Part shown: positions 38,680-50,644 of the stretch, piece after piece
Position numbering within the stretch: the stretch's first letter is position 1
Layout: every line of letters begins with the position of its first letter
Assembly (NCBI GenBank): GCA_030390025.1
Contig: CM059436.1
Location: 81,654,001-81,718,000, forward strand
Origin: Squalus acanthias
Taxonomy: Eukaryota
DNA length: 64,000 nt
Direction of reading: 5' to 3'
The notes under the pieces: generated by a model
Databases searched by the model: none
What the model was told of the DNA's origin: nothing
What the model saw: the letters and a program-made list of their open reading frames with translations, nothing else
Position numbers and translations under genes: made by a program

Positions 38680-40605
38680 CGGCACAGAAGGAGGCCACTC
38701 GGCCCATTGAGTCTGTGCCGACTCTGTAGAGCAATCCAGTCAGTCCCATTCCCCGCTATATACCCATAGCCCTGCAAGTTTATTTCCCTCAAGTGCCTAT
38801 CCAGTTTCCCTTTGAAAACATTGAGTGTCTCCGCTTCCACCACTTCCGTCAGCAGCGAGTTCCAGGTCCTCACCACTCGCTGTGTAAAAAAGTTTTTCCT
38901 CACATCGCCCTTGTATCTCTTGTCCAAAACCTTAAATCTGTGTCCCCTAGTCCTTGTACCATCAACTAGTGGGAACCGCCTTTCCCCGTCTAGCCTATCC
39001 AAACCCGTCATAATCTTGTACACCTCTATCAAATCGCCCCTCAGCCTCCTTTACTCTAATGAAAACAAATCCAGCTTCTCCAACTTGTCCTTGTAGCTAA
39101 GATCCCCCAACCCCGGAACCATTCTGGTAAATCTCCTCTGCACCATCTCAAGGGCCTTCACATCCTTACTAAAGTGTGATGACCAGAACTGGATGCAATA
39201 CTCCAGTTGTGGCCTAACTAGCACTTTATAAAGGTTCAGCATAACTTCTCTACTTTTGTACTCAGTACCTCTATTTATGAAGCCCAAGATCCCATATGCT
39301 TTGCTAACCACTCTCTCAATATGTCCCGCCACCTTCAGGGATCTATGCACATTAACTCCCAGGTCCCTCTGTCCCAGCACACTCTTTAAACTGTGCCATT
39401 AAGTGTATATTGCCTCTCCCTGTTCCTTCTGCCAAAATGCATCACCTCACACTTCTCTATTAAATTCCATCTGCCACTTGTCTGCCCATTCTGCTAGCCT
39501 TTTTGTATCCTGTTGCAGTCGATTGGTATCCTCCTCACTGTTTGCCATGCCCCCAAATTTGGTGTCAGCGGCAAATTTAGAAATTCTACTCTCTTCCAAT
39601 ATCCAGGTCATTTATATATCAAAAAGCAGTGGCCCCAGCACTGACCCTTGGGGAACTCCATTGTCTATCATCCTCCAGTCTGAAAAACAGTCATTTACCA
39701 CAGCTCGCTGTTTTCTGTCCTTAAGCCAATTCCTTATCCAAGCTGCCACTGACCCACCTATTCCATGAGCCACAATTTTGTTAACCAGCCTTCTATGTGG
39801 TACTTTGTCAAACGCCTTCCTAAAATCCATGTAGACAACATCCATTGCATTCCCTTCATCAATCCTCCCTATTACTTTATCAAAAAATTCAATTAGATTA
39901 GTCAAACAGGATTTGACTTTTTTCTAAATCCGTGTTGGCTTTCCTTAATTAGCTTAAACCTCGCCAAGTGCCCGTTAACTTTTTTCCTTGATTATTGTTT
40001 CTAAAACTTTACCCACCACTGATGTTAAACTGTGGCCTGTAGTTACTAGGATTGTCCTTGCACCCTTTCCAATCCTCAGGCACCTCCCCCGTATCTAGGG
40101 AAGATTGGAAAATTATGGCAAGCCCTTCTGCTATCTCCTCCCCCAATTCCCTTAGCAACCTAGGATGCAAGCCATCTGGACCAGGTGACTTATCTACTGT
40201 AAGCATACCCAGCCTTTCTAGTACATCCTGTCTATCAATTTTCACCCCTTCCATTGCTTCTACCTTTTGCACTGCTACCGATATTTTGTCAGCGTCCACC
40301 TCCTTAGTAAACACCGATACAAAGTACTCATTGAGTGTTCTCGCCTTGCCCTGCGCCTCTAAGCATATATCATCTTTTTTGTCCCTAATAGGCCCCACCT
40401 CGCCTCTTACTACCCGCTTACTGTTTACATGCTGGTAGAAGATTTTTGGGTTCCCTTTTATGTTGACTGCTATTCTACTCTCATTCTCTCTTTGCTAATC
40501 TTATTTTCATCTTCACTTCCCCTCTCAACTTACTGTATTTGGTCTGGTTCTCCCTTGAAGAATTCACCTGACATGCATCATACGCCCTTTTTTTTTGTTT
40601 CATCA

Positions 40606-40646
<41 letters not shown>

Positions 40647-41445
40647 CCAACGATCCCTTGCTTTGGTTCCCTTACCCTTCCCTCTTGTTGGAATGTACCT
40701 AGCCTGTACTTGGAGCATCTCCTCCTTAAAGGTCACCCATTGTTCTGTTAGTTTTTCCTGTCGGTCTTTGGTTCCATTTTACCCTGGCTAGATCCTTTCG
40801 CATCCCATTGAAGTTAGCCCTATTCCAGTTTAGAAGTTCCACTCTAGATTGTTCCGTGCTCCTCTCCATTGCTAATCTAAATCTTATGATACGATGATCA
40901 CTCGTACCCAAGTGTTCTCCCACAGACACTTGGTTGACCTGGTCCACCTCATTCCCCAGCACCAGATCCAGCAATGCCTCCTTCCTAGTTGGGCCAAGAA
41001 TATACTGGTCAAGGAAATTCTCCTGAACACATTTCAGAAATTCCTCCCCCTCCTTTCCCTTTACCCTAGCATTATCCCAATCAATATATGGGTAATTAAA
41101 GTCCCCCAATATCACCACTCTATAGCTCTTGCATATCTCTGCGATTTCCCTGCAGATTTGCTCCTCTACCTTCCTCTCTCTATTTGGAAGCCTATAGAAT
41201 ACCCCCAATAGTGTGATCATACCCTTTTTGCTCCTCAACTCTAACCAAATGGATTCTGTCCTTGTCCCCTTAAGAACATCCTCCCTTTCCAACATTACAA
41301 TGTCTTCCTTAATCAGCACTGCCACCCCACCTCCCTTTTTTCCTTCCCTATCTTTTCTGAACACCTTGTACGCTTGAATATTAAGTGCCCAGCCCTCACC
41401 ATTTTTAAGCCACGTTTCCATTATTGCCACAACATCATATTGCCA
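38680..41445 (-). mobile_element. CR1 LINE, 5'-truncated, ORF2 broken into APE endonuclease, RT and C-terminal pieces
   Basis: ORF 40726..41430 (METWL, GGGVA, ILGDFN, LLDLVL, SDH), 40009..40398 (KSPGPDGLHPR), 39612..39905 ([21 protein letters not shown]), 39051..39380 (LVRPQLEYC), 38670..39032 (FFTQRVV). Confidence 0.95.
40610..40641. repeat. (TC)n microsatellite inside CR1
   Basis: About 16 TC units seen directly. Confidence 0.95.
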
Positions 41446-42706
41446 CAGTTTTCTGCATAATTCATTGGTTCATGTTCAAAAATGTCCACATGCAAATTAG
41501 GAAGATTGTTGCATTCACCTACCTTTTGGTAATTTAACCTCATGTCGAAAGCATTGTACCTCTCCTGTTTTTCCATGCTCTGAGCTGAAGTAATTAGAGT
41601 TTCCTTTTTTTGTGTGTGTTTATCTGTTTCGTTTATCGACTCCTGTGCTTTGGAGCACTAAGGAAGGTTAAGTGCCACCAAATCTTCAGTGGCGTGAATT
41701 ACTTAAAAATGACACTGTCCATTGTTTTCTCCCTTGTTTGGATAATTGCATGTTCATTTGAATGTTGAGCAATATTCATAGAATGAAGACTAGAGTTGAT
41801 ACTTTTTTTGTATTTTTTTTTCTTTTTCGCATTTATTTTTTTGATTTGTAGGCTGTAAATTGCACACATGGCATAGGGTCTTAAAGCCAAGTCTAATTAG
41901 GCTGCCATGGCCCCAGTGATGGCACAACACCTTATACATCAGATGTTTTCAGTGGCTGTAATTCTTGAACCCTTAGTTATTTCACAATTACAACATGCAA
42001 ATTGACACCACATAAGTTATGGCAGTGCTGCATTTTTCATAGGTGTTGGCTGGGTGCTCTGACTACAGTATTCTTAAACATATGGAGATGGTTAATTGTA
42101 GGAATATCAAATAATGCCATCAAATCATATAAACTGGAGACTGCTTTAGAGTCGGTTATTCAGGAGCTTCTATAATATGCTGACCTCCGACATGATTTGC
42201 ACTCTGCTACAAAATTAAAATGAAGTTGTGCTCTTGGCACTTGTCCTGGACTCTGTCCTTTCACCAACATCATGTTTCATTAAAATTACAAGATTCCTTT
42301 AGACTATGAGCGTGGCATTCCTTTTCCACAAGCCAATATCGGGGAGATCGATTTGCATTCAGATGGATCTGGATGAATTAAGTGAATGGGCCAGCGAATG
42401 CCACAATGGAATTAAATCTAGATTAATTCACATTGGTATAGGAAATGGTTGCTGTGGATAAGTATGACTTATCCAACTAGATCATCTTGCCAACTTTTTT
42501 ATATCCTATTTTGTACTATTAATGCGAAATAGTGATCATCTGATGGGGGTCCACTGAAATATAAAGTGCTTTCTGCATATATTTTTCTGTTGCTTCAGCT
42601 GTAGTGTTACAATCCAAGTTAGAGTTGTCACATTTTTGATAATTGGAATGCATTGTACCTGGGAGCAGTAGGTCTGTGCTTATGACTTTGCACATTCCCC
42701 TATAGT

Positions 42707-43072
42707 GTCAGCTTGGCTCAGCTGGAGGGATTTTGCCTAGGAAGCACAAGGTTGTGGTTTCAGGCCTCGACTGAGACTTGAGCACTTAATCTCGGGTGAT
42801 ACGCCACTTTAAGTTCTGAGGGAGTGCTGCATTGTTGTTGTCCAGCTGAAATATTTAAACCTGTCTACCTGTTCTAATGGTTCAAGTGGGCGTTAAAGAT
42901 CCTATGGCGCTAATCGCATGAGGTTGGAGTTCTCCCAGTGTCCTGGTTGCCATCCCTCTGTTAATCATCACCAATTAAAAACTCATTGATCCATTGTTAT
43001 GTGCAAAATGGCTGCCATGTTTACTTGTGTAAGTCATTGGGAAACTTGGAAGCATTTATGAGAGACATGATA
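42707..43072 (+). mobile_element. SINE, same family, sense orientation, diverged
   Basis: gtcagcttggctcagctgg head; ctgagggagtgctgcattg and taaagatcctatggc core. Confidence 0.72.
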
Positions 43073-43546
43073 AAAAAGACTTGTTTATATAGCACATTCA
43101 CCCATGGAATTTCTTGATATTTGGTTGAGCCATTAGTGAAGTGATGAGCAGAAGCTAGGTACGTCCCTGACAGGAGGAGAAGTCAGGCAACAAGACATTG
43201 TAGGATTATAAGAGAAGAAAGGGAGAAAAATACTTCCACATTTGAGTAAATTAAGAAAACTTCTATATTTTAAAGGGTTCATATCTTTGTAATTATATTG
43301 GTGTAAGTGTCTGAAGTCCTGAATACATTCATTTTTGTGTTACTGTAGAAACCGTGTAGGATATATATTGACTGTTTTTAAAGTTTAGTATCTGACAATG
43401 TAATTTCAATTAACGAGATGTAAATCGGAATCTATTCTGAAACAGGCATGAAATTGACAAGTTGATTATTTTACAAGACTTCAGTTACACCAGTCAATTG
43501 AAGTACAGTACCTAGAATATAAAGAGATGTATTTGATTTCTTTCAG

Positions 43547-43639
43547 GGTGCTGCCTTTGTAGAATTTGATGTACATCTTTCAAAAGACCATGTTCCTATT
43601 GTATACCATGATCTCACCTGTTGTATATCAATGAAAAAG
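43547..43639 (+). CDS. GPCPD1: GPCPD1 exon 12 (GAAFVEFDVHLSKDHVPIVYHDLTCCISMKK)
   Basis: cag acceptor, AAG|GTATGT donor, 93 nt; metal-binding ExD and catalytic HD motifs. Confidence 0.97.
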
Positions 43640-44017
43640 GTATGTGATTTTTCTTTCTTGCACTGTTTACATATCCGATAAGCCAACTGTAAACATTGTG
43701 GAAGCAACATTCCTTTAGAGTAGTTATGAGCATTGAGGTATCTGTCCTGTGGTCATCCAGTGTGGTGTGACAGACACAGCCCTCCTAGGTAATGGCAGTA
43801 CTTTACCTTGTTTTAAATATATCTCTGCAGCTTGAAGTTATTGTTTCAGTTTACTTTGTTTCTGGTAAGAGTTTTTTTAATCTTTGTTTTTCTAAATCAG
43901 ATCTTTCCTGGGTTGAAAGCTACAAAATGGCAATAGGCCTTCTGTTCTGTAGCTTATTTTAGGTGGTAGTCATGTCTGCCATTGAAGCATAACGGGGCTG
44001 CAGCTATTCTTTTCCTC

Positions 44018-44342
44018 AACAACAGCAACTTGTACTTGTATAGCGCCTTTAACGTAGTAAGATGTCCCAAGGCGGTTTGCAGGAGCGTTATCAAACAAAA
44101 TTTGATACCGAGCCACATGAGCTATTGGGGCAGATGGCCAGAAGCTTGGTCAGGGAGGTAGGTTTTAAGGAGCATCATAAAGGAGGAGAAAGAGATGGAG
44201 AGGTTTAGGGAGGGATTTCCAGAGCTTAGGGCCTTGGCAGCTGAAGACATGGCCCCCAGTGGTGGAGCAATTAAAATGGGGGGTGCTCAAGAGCCAGAAT
44301 TAGAGGAGCACAAGTATCAGGGTTGTCGGGCTGGAGGAGATT
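44018..44342 (-). mobile_element. L2 LINE 3' end
   Basis: aacaacagcaacttgtacttgtatagcgcctttaac tail; gggagggatttccagagcttagggccttggcagctgaag shared with 28450-28500. Confidence 0.75.
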
Positions 44343-44666
44343 AATCATCAGGGTAACTTCGTGCCTTGACTGTTATGTGGCTTTGTTTTGCATACAACAA
44401 CCACTTTTTCTCTGGCTTCTCCTTTAGATAAACCTATGGTAGCCTTTTATGGTGGCTGTTGTTGACTTGGGGAGATAGCAATTCTAATTTCCTTATCCCA
44501 GAAAGCCTACTGACTCCTTTGGTGGTTACTGGCATTCATTGTTCTTTCTCCAAAGCTCCTAGCAAGGTCAGGAGGATGCTGATTGTATTCCATGAATTCT
44601 GATTTTTGATCTTGACCCATCCCAAGCAAAATTTATTGCTGTGTGGGTCAGGCAGCATAATCTTCA

Positions 44667-44800
44667 GGTTCTGATGAAAGGTCATTGACCTGAAACGGTA
44701 ACCCTACCTTCCTCTCTTAATAGATGCTGCCTGACCGGTTGAGTGTTTCCAACATCATCTGTTTGTATTTTGAATTTCCAGCATCTGCAGTGTTTTATTG
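44667..44800 (+). mobile_element. Penelope-like element terminal-repeat fragment with a minimal hammerhead-ribozyme motif (mutated)
   Basis: ggtt-CTGATGA-a-aggtc-att-gacct-GAAA-cggt-aacc followed by agatgctgcctgacc...tgagtgtttcca. Confidence 0.7.
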
Positions 44801-45435
44801 CTCTGTGCCTGTGTAACAGAGTCCCTTCAGAAGAGACCAGGTTTCTTTTCCAGGTACTTTGGTATACTGAAATGGTAAGAAGGTTATGCTTGATCTGTGA
44901 CACTGGAGCATATTATCCAAAAAGTTGTTCAAATTGGTGAACCTTGTGCTCACCCTTTTAGACAACACCTACAGGAACTTGGCTACACTTGTTTCCACGT
45001 AGCCAGAGGGCCACTATGCATGAACTATCTTAATTTCTATGTCCAAGGGCAAAAAAGTTGTCAGTATTGGATGTTTTTTGGATTTGTATCTGTCCTGTAC
45101 CTTACAATATCTAAAATTATATCCTCAATGCAGCTTTAACTACATGTATGTCTGCCTGTCTAACCTGATTGACCTCCGTCTCAAAAGTCAGCACTGGCAG
45201 CTATCCAAAATATATTCTGTGCTTCATGTGTTGGCATACCAAATAATGTAACAAATGGAATACTGTCACTGGTTGTTCACTAAGATAAGGTTTAATGCTG
45301 GTTTGATTTCATTTGTTTGGAAATCACAAAGATGATGCAGGTTATAGCAATAACTCAGTTGGTTCATCATGTTGAAGATGAATTTTTATCATGTGGAATA
45401 TGGGTTTAAATCTAGCCCAGAATGATCAAGATAAA

Positions 45436-46096
45436 GGCCTAGAAAATTGGCCTCCTTAGCGCCTCCTGTTATCGCCTCCGGGAGGCGATAATGGGGCGCT
45501 AAGCGGTGAGAAGATCGACTATATTCGACGGGAGGTTTGCGGCGGCGGTATGGCGTTGCGCCGCGATCTCCTTCGCCCGGAGAGCCCCTGACCCGAACTT
45601 CGGTTCCGCTCCCTGCAGCATAGCTGGGCGAAAACACCAGCAACTGCAGGAGGTGTTCATCGGCAGGCTGGGCGCTTCGGGGGCGATACTTAAAGGTGAG
45701 GTGGCCGAGGTAAGTATAAAAAAAAAAATTCTGAAATGCTCTTGCGCTTTTTCCCCCCCTTTGTCTTCACCAGCGATCGATCAGCCCGGCGCCCTGCTGC
45801 AGTGCATCGGGCTGATTGGCCGGATCGCGGCTGCCGTTGGGGACCAGGTAAGTTTTCCCCTTGCAGAGCCTGCAGCAATGGCCCTTCCCTTTAATGCAGT
45901 GAATGAGCCTTCCAATGCGGCAGTGCTACATGGCCCATTGTGCAGTGCTGCACACCTACTGCCCCGACTGCTGCCTGTTGCGCTCCAGGAAGGAAGTGGA
46001 GCGCTTGATTTAGTGCTCCACTTCCTTCCTGGAGTGCAAACTCTGAATTTTTTTAAAGTTAGCGCCCCAAACGGGGTGATGCCGAATTTCTCATCC
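45436..46096. mobile_element. GC/CpG-rich putative non-autonomous DNA transposon (PIF/Harbinger-like)
   Basis: Sharp GC-rich block; imperfect TIRs ggcctagaaaattggc / gccgaatttctcatcc; AAA on both flanks; subterminal hairpin ttatcgcctcc-g-ggaggcgataa. Confidence 0.65.
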
Positions 46097-46526
46097 AAAG
46101 TATTCTTCCTAATAACTATGGGGATTACAAGAAATTAATGTGGACAATTTTGCCCCATTTCCTAGTGACAACAGTCCACAGCATAAAATTGCCTATAATT
46201 TGGCACTAATTGGAAAATTTAGTCTAATACTGCAAGGATGGTTAGTATGGGAATGTCACTGTAGTACAGATACTCTTGAGGTTTGTAGGAAGCTTTGGCC
46301 TGAGCTCCATCCAGAGTACTTGATGTTGACACTGGTTGTAAAGATAAAATGCTTTGTGTCCTAGGACTGGTATTCCTGACTTTAAGTTTTAAAAGAACAA
46401 TTGTTAAGAAATTTGAAGAGATGCAGAAGTATGTTTATATTCTGTACTTTGAGAATAGTGCCAGTTAGTAAAAACATATGAAATGAAATAAAAGACCATC
46501 CAACCCAATCGCATTCTGTAAATGAG

Positions 46527-46960
46527 AAAGAAAGAACTTGCATTTCTTTTGCGCCTTTCATGACCTCAGGACGTTCGAAAGCGCTTTACAGCCAATGAAG
46601 TACTTTTGAAGTGTAGAAAACACGGTAGGCAATTTGTGGAAAGCAAGCTGCCACAAACAGCTATGTTATGACCAGATAATCTGTTTGTGATGTTGGTTGA
46701 GGGTTAAATATTGGCCAGGACACTGAGAATAACTCCCCTGCTGTTCTTCGAAATCATGCCATGGGATCTTTTACATCCACCCAAGAGAGCAGATGGGGCC
46801 TCTGTTTAACGTCTCATCCGAAAGACGGCACCTCCAACAGTGCAGCACTCCCTCAGAACTGCACTGGGGTGTTGGCCCTGATTTTTGTGCTCACGTAGTG
46901 GGGCTTGAACCCACAGCCTTCTGACTCACGAGAGCTACCCACTGAGCCACGGCTGACGCT
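46527..46960 (-). mobile_element. Near-full-length tRNA-derived SINE (DeuSINE/SacSINE1-like, L2-type tail)
   Basis: On the minus strand, box A TGGCTCAGTGGG and box B GGTTCAAGCCC; tail aatgcaagttctttctttc; 8-bp TSD TAAATGAG (46519-46526 and 46961-46968); family name from recall. Confidence 0.85.
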
Positions 46961-47359
46961 TAAATGAGGCCCATTTGTTTAATGTAAGTTAATGGGTTAG
47001 TCTTTGAGAATTCTTTCCTGCTTTTTCCAGGTCTAGCTGCTTCTTTTGCCCTTAATATTTTTGCCTGTGCCAGTGAAGGATTAGAATAATGTATTTCTAC
47101 TGGATTTGATCTTTTGAAAATGATGTAGTTTTATTGCCCCATTGGAAAAACGTTATCTGCTTTAGGTCAGTCAAATTAGCACTAAAACTCACCGCACATG
47201 TAAATGTTGGATTCTATTTTATTAATGTAGTGGAATTAATTCTTGTGACTCTTAACTAATTTTTAAATAATTTTCATAATCTTCTGTGGCAACAGTTTTT
47301 TTTGTGGGGTTTTTTTGAATACATTGCTCACATTTCCAATGTGGATTTTATGTTTTCAG

Positions 47360-47437
47360 AAAGTGGACAAAGAATCTTCAGAATTGTTTGAAATTCCAGT
47401 AAAGGAACTTACATTTGAACAGTTACAGCTATTAAAG
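47360..47437 (+). CDS. GPCPD1: GPCPD1 exon 13 (KVDKESSELFEIPVKELTFEQLQLLK)
   Basis: cag acceptor, AAG|GTAAGA donor, 78 nt. Confidence 0.96.
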
Positions 47438-47448
47438 GTAAGAAGCTA

Positions 47449-47560
47449 TATAGAATCATAGACGAGTACAGCACAGAAAGAGGCCATTCGGCCCATCGAG
47501 TCTGCACTGGCTCTTTCGAAGAGCAATCCAGTTAGTCCCACTCCCCTGCTCTTTCCCATA
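47449..47560 (-). mobile_element. CR1 3' tail
   Basis: atagaatcatag...aggccattcggcccatcgagtctg, similar to 38680-38760. Confidence 0.75.
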
Positions 47561-50500
47561 TAGTTAATATCTAATAGAGAAAGCAAAGTATGCTAGACTG
47601 ATATGGATGACAATATGATAATACTGCACAAATAATAAACATGACTACAGTTGATAAAACCATCCACAAAACTACTTCATGTCATACCCATCACTTAACC
47701 TAATGCACAATGAGGAAAAACCCAAGGTGTAATAGTCAGCCAACCAGTTTGGAATTTGCACATTAATGCACACAAGCTTTTGTCATCAGACCTAGAAAAT
47801 TGACTGGCATGGTCTGAAATATCTTGTGGGAGAACCGCATTTATTTGAAAGAAAGACTTGCATTTATATAGCACCTTTTGTGACCTCCCAAAGCACTTTG
47901 CAGCCAATGAAGTACTTTTTTGAAGTGTAGCCACTGTTGTACTGTTGTAAATGTGCATGCTCTCATGGGGCAATATTCAAAGCCTGGCACCCCATGACAC
48001 AGCTGTACATTCCAGTGGTATAAAAAAGTTTGATCAACCTCTTGATAAATATGTATAGGTGAGCCTTAAGTGGTAATTCCAGAAAAATTGAAGGAGATAG
48101 AAGTCCAGTATGTTGTGTGTTAAATTCTGAACTTCCTTGAGGATTATTGCTCGGTATAATTGACCGAAACATTAAAGATCTCTACGTCTTTTTAAATACT
48201 CAGTATACCCACATAGCAGTGAAGATGGGCATGAGGTATACATTCTGTAAACCAGTTACGCCCGTCTCTCTTCCCCCCCCCCCCCCCCAAAAAAAAACCT
48301 GTGTATGCTAAATAGACATCACCTGTTCTTTCTCTGTTTCTAAAAGTTTAAATCAGAACTCTAGGCCCAGCAGGTGACAAGGTCCAAGTTAAAATGGAAT
48401 AAAAGACATCAATTTAACTTTGGCTAGTTTGATGGAAAGAAAAGTCTCTGGTTTTGCCAGATAGCTAGATGCCTCGCTTGTATGAAAAATATCTGACAAG
48501 ATTCTGGATATATTGGAGTGAGTGAAAATCACACTTTAAGGAAATGAAAGGAACAAGGAAACAATCACACTACCTTTGTGCAGCATGTATGAGGTACTAT
48601 AGCCTCTTCTCCCAGAAGGAATTGAAACACCCCAATCTTCACGCCAGTCCACTGATGTGCAAGATTTTGGCATATGGATGAAGAGACTGAAAGCAATATG
48701 AAAGTAACAGATGTGTCTCTAAACAGTGGCTAACAAATTGGATGAGTCCATATTGCAGGAGTTGGTAAAAGATTTGAGGGAGGGCAGTGTGGAGATGGAA
48801 ACAGTGGCCCTTACCTATCTGATAATGGAAGCAGTTGGGAAGTGGCCTCTTTCAAATTCTTGGGGCACTCAGGTGCTGCTTGTAGAACTCATTTCCAAGT
48901 TATCAGTTTTTGCTGTTAGGGATCAATTATGCTGTAATAGTCACTTCATTTAGTGCTGTAAAGCAATCTGGAAAACCTTCTTCATGGCCATACATATTCT
49001 GCCACAAAACATGGGTCTCTGTGGCCTTAACAGCCATTATAACACCCCAGAGTGACAATAAGGAGAATGAACATTTCAGTGCAGTACTTCTGAAATTCCA
49101 TTGTTATGTTCATCCCCTGATTTCATCTGCAATCATGGGGATGGGTTCCATGAGGATCCAAGTCAACCAGTGGAGCACCACGCAGCAAAGAGAATAAGCA
49201 ATGAAGGCCTGAGTGAGTCAGCTAATTGTGGGAAATTTGGAAACACAATGAAGACTGCTGGAATTGTTAAGGCATATCAAGTAGATCGAGATAACTAAAG
49301 CTGTAGAGGAATAAAAGTCAATTTACTGCCAGGTGAATTTGGATTAGGAATACAGAGACTTGAGTGCTAACATTCTTCATCCCTGTTGCTGTTACTGGAA
49401 GTTTATTGGTTCTTTTAAATGGAAACATAAGATAGTTTCAATAAAAGCTTTACCTACATTTGTGCACTTTTATTTAAATACCTCTAAAGTGTGTGTTTCT
49501 ATGATTCTTTCACCACCATAAAAATAATTCCAATAAAAATATTGAGTCCTCTTCTCAAAAGAAAAAATAACCCCTGAGGGCAATGGATTACAAGTACTGT
49601 CAGCAATATAATGTAAGATATATTTATGTACATGCTTGAAACCTTTGTGGTTTTTTTCGTTGAATCTAGTAATAACTTGATAATACTAAAAACTGTAAGA
49701 ACATTTTACAAGTGTGGATCAAGAAAGAGCATTGGCTGAGCTTGATCAACAGCCCACTATAATTTCCACTATTGTGGAGTCTTCCCAATTTATTTAATCT
49801 CCTGAAAAAGGTAAAACCTTTAAGAAGCTGAAGTCCTATGAAATTTCTCCTGGAACCTGAAGATTATTTAGCAGAACTTGAGGATATTGATCTAGCATTA
49901 CAGTATTCAACCCTCATTGATTGCACTCCATTACTGACTCAGCAGAACTGGAACCAGTATTGCATATAGAGTATTTGATTATCTGGTTCTATATGATAAC
50001 TTTCCATCCAATTCCTAACCAGACATTCATCCATCTTTTTCAAAATATATATATAAAAAAAATTTGCTCTAGACTTTCTCCTATGATTTTATACGCTGCC
50101 ATCCCCATCACTCCCAATTGCACTGTCTGCCCTTCCAGGAGTACAGTTGCACAGCGCTTCAATGTCCTCCATTACCTTTACAGCTATTTTTTTTTTCTGA
50201 AGGGCTCGACCTTATGTTTGATTAGGAGTCTGTTTCCCATATCTGGTATTCTCAGTATGGACAAATTCTTTTAATTTCTGCTCTTGCTTCAGGCTTGCCA
50301 GTTTTATACCAGTTGTCTCTAGTTTTACTATCGCCTTTCGAGTAACCCACTTGTCTGTCTTAAAGACTTGAATCACATCCCTTGTCCTCTTTTCTTCAAA
50401 TATTAATCAAATTCTGTGAGCATTGCTTAGTCTTAAGTCCTAGAATCGTGGTTGGCGATGCCCAAACTTGTATGGAATGGTCCAGAAGGTGGCCTTGCAT

Positions 50501-50644
50501 TAGTGACAAACTGGATAGAATCTGTTTAGTTTCTATTCACTGCATTGAAAGCTATCTCACTATTAATTAGTTTTATTTATTGACAACATTCTCATTACAA
50601 TGGGACCTCAGTTATTGACCAGGATTTTCACAGGAGCTGGGTTG

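Noticed and set aside
45506-46138. 210-aa + strand ORF and overlapping antisense ORFs
   Set aside because: Lies almost wholly inside a GC-rich TIR element, where stops are rare; no recognisable domain
46885-46960. tRNA gene (A and B boxes on the minus strand)
   Set aside because: No cloverleaf; it continues into a SINE body and tail bounded by a TSD
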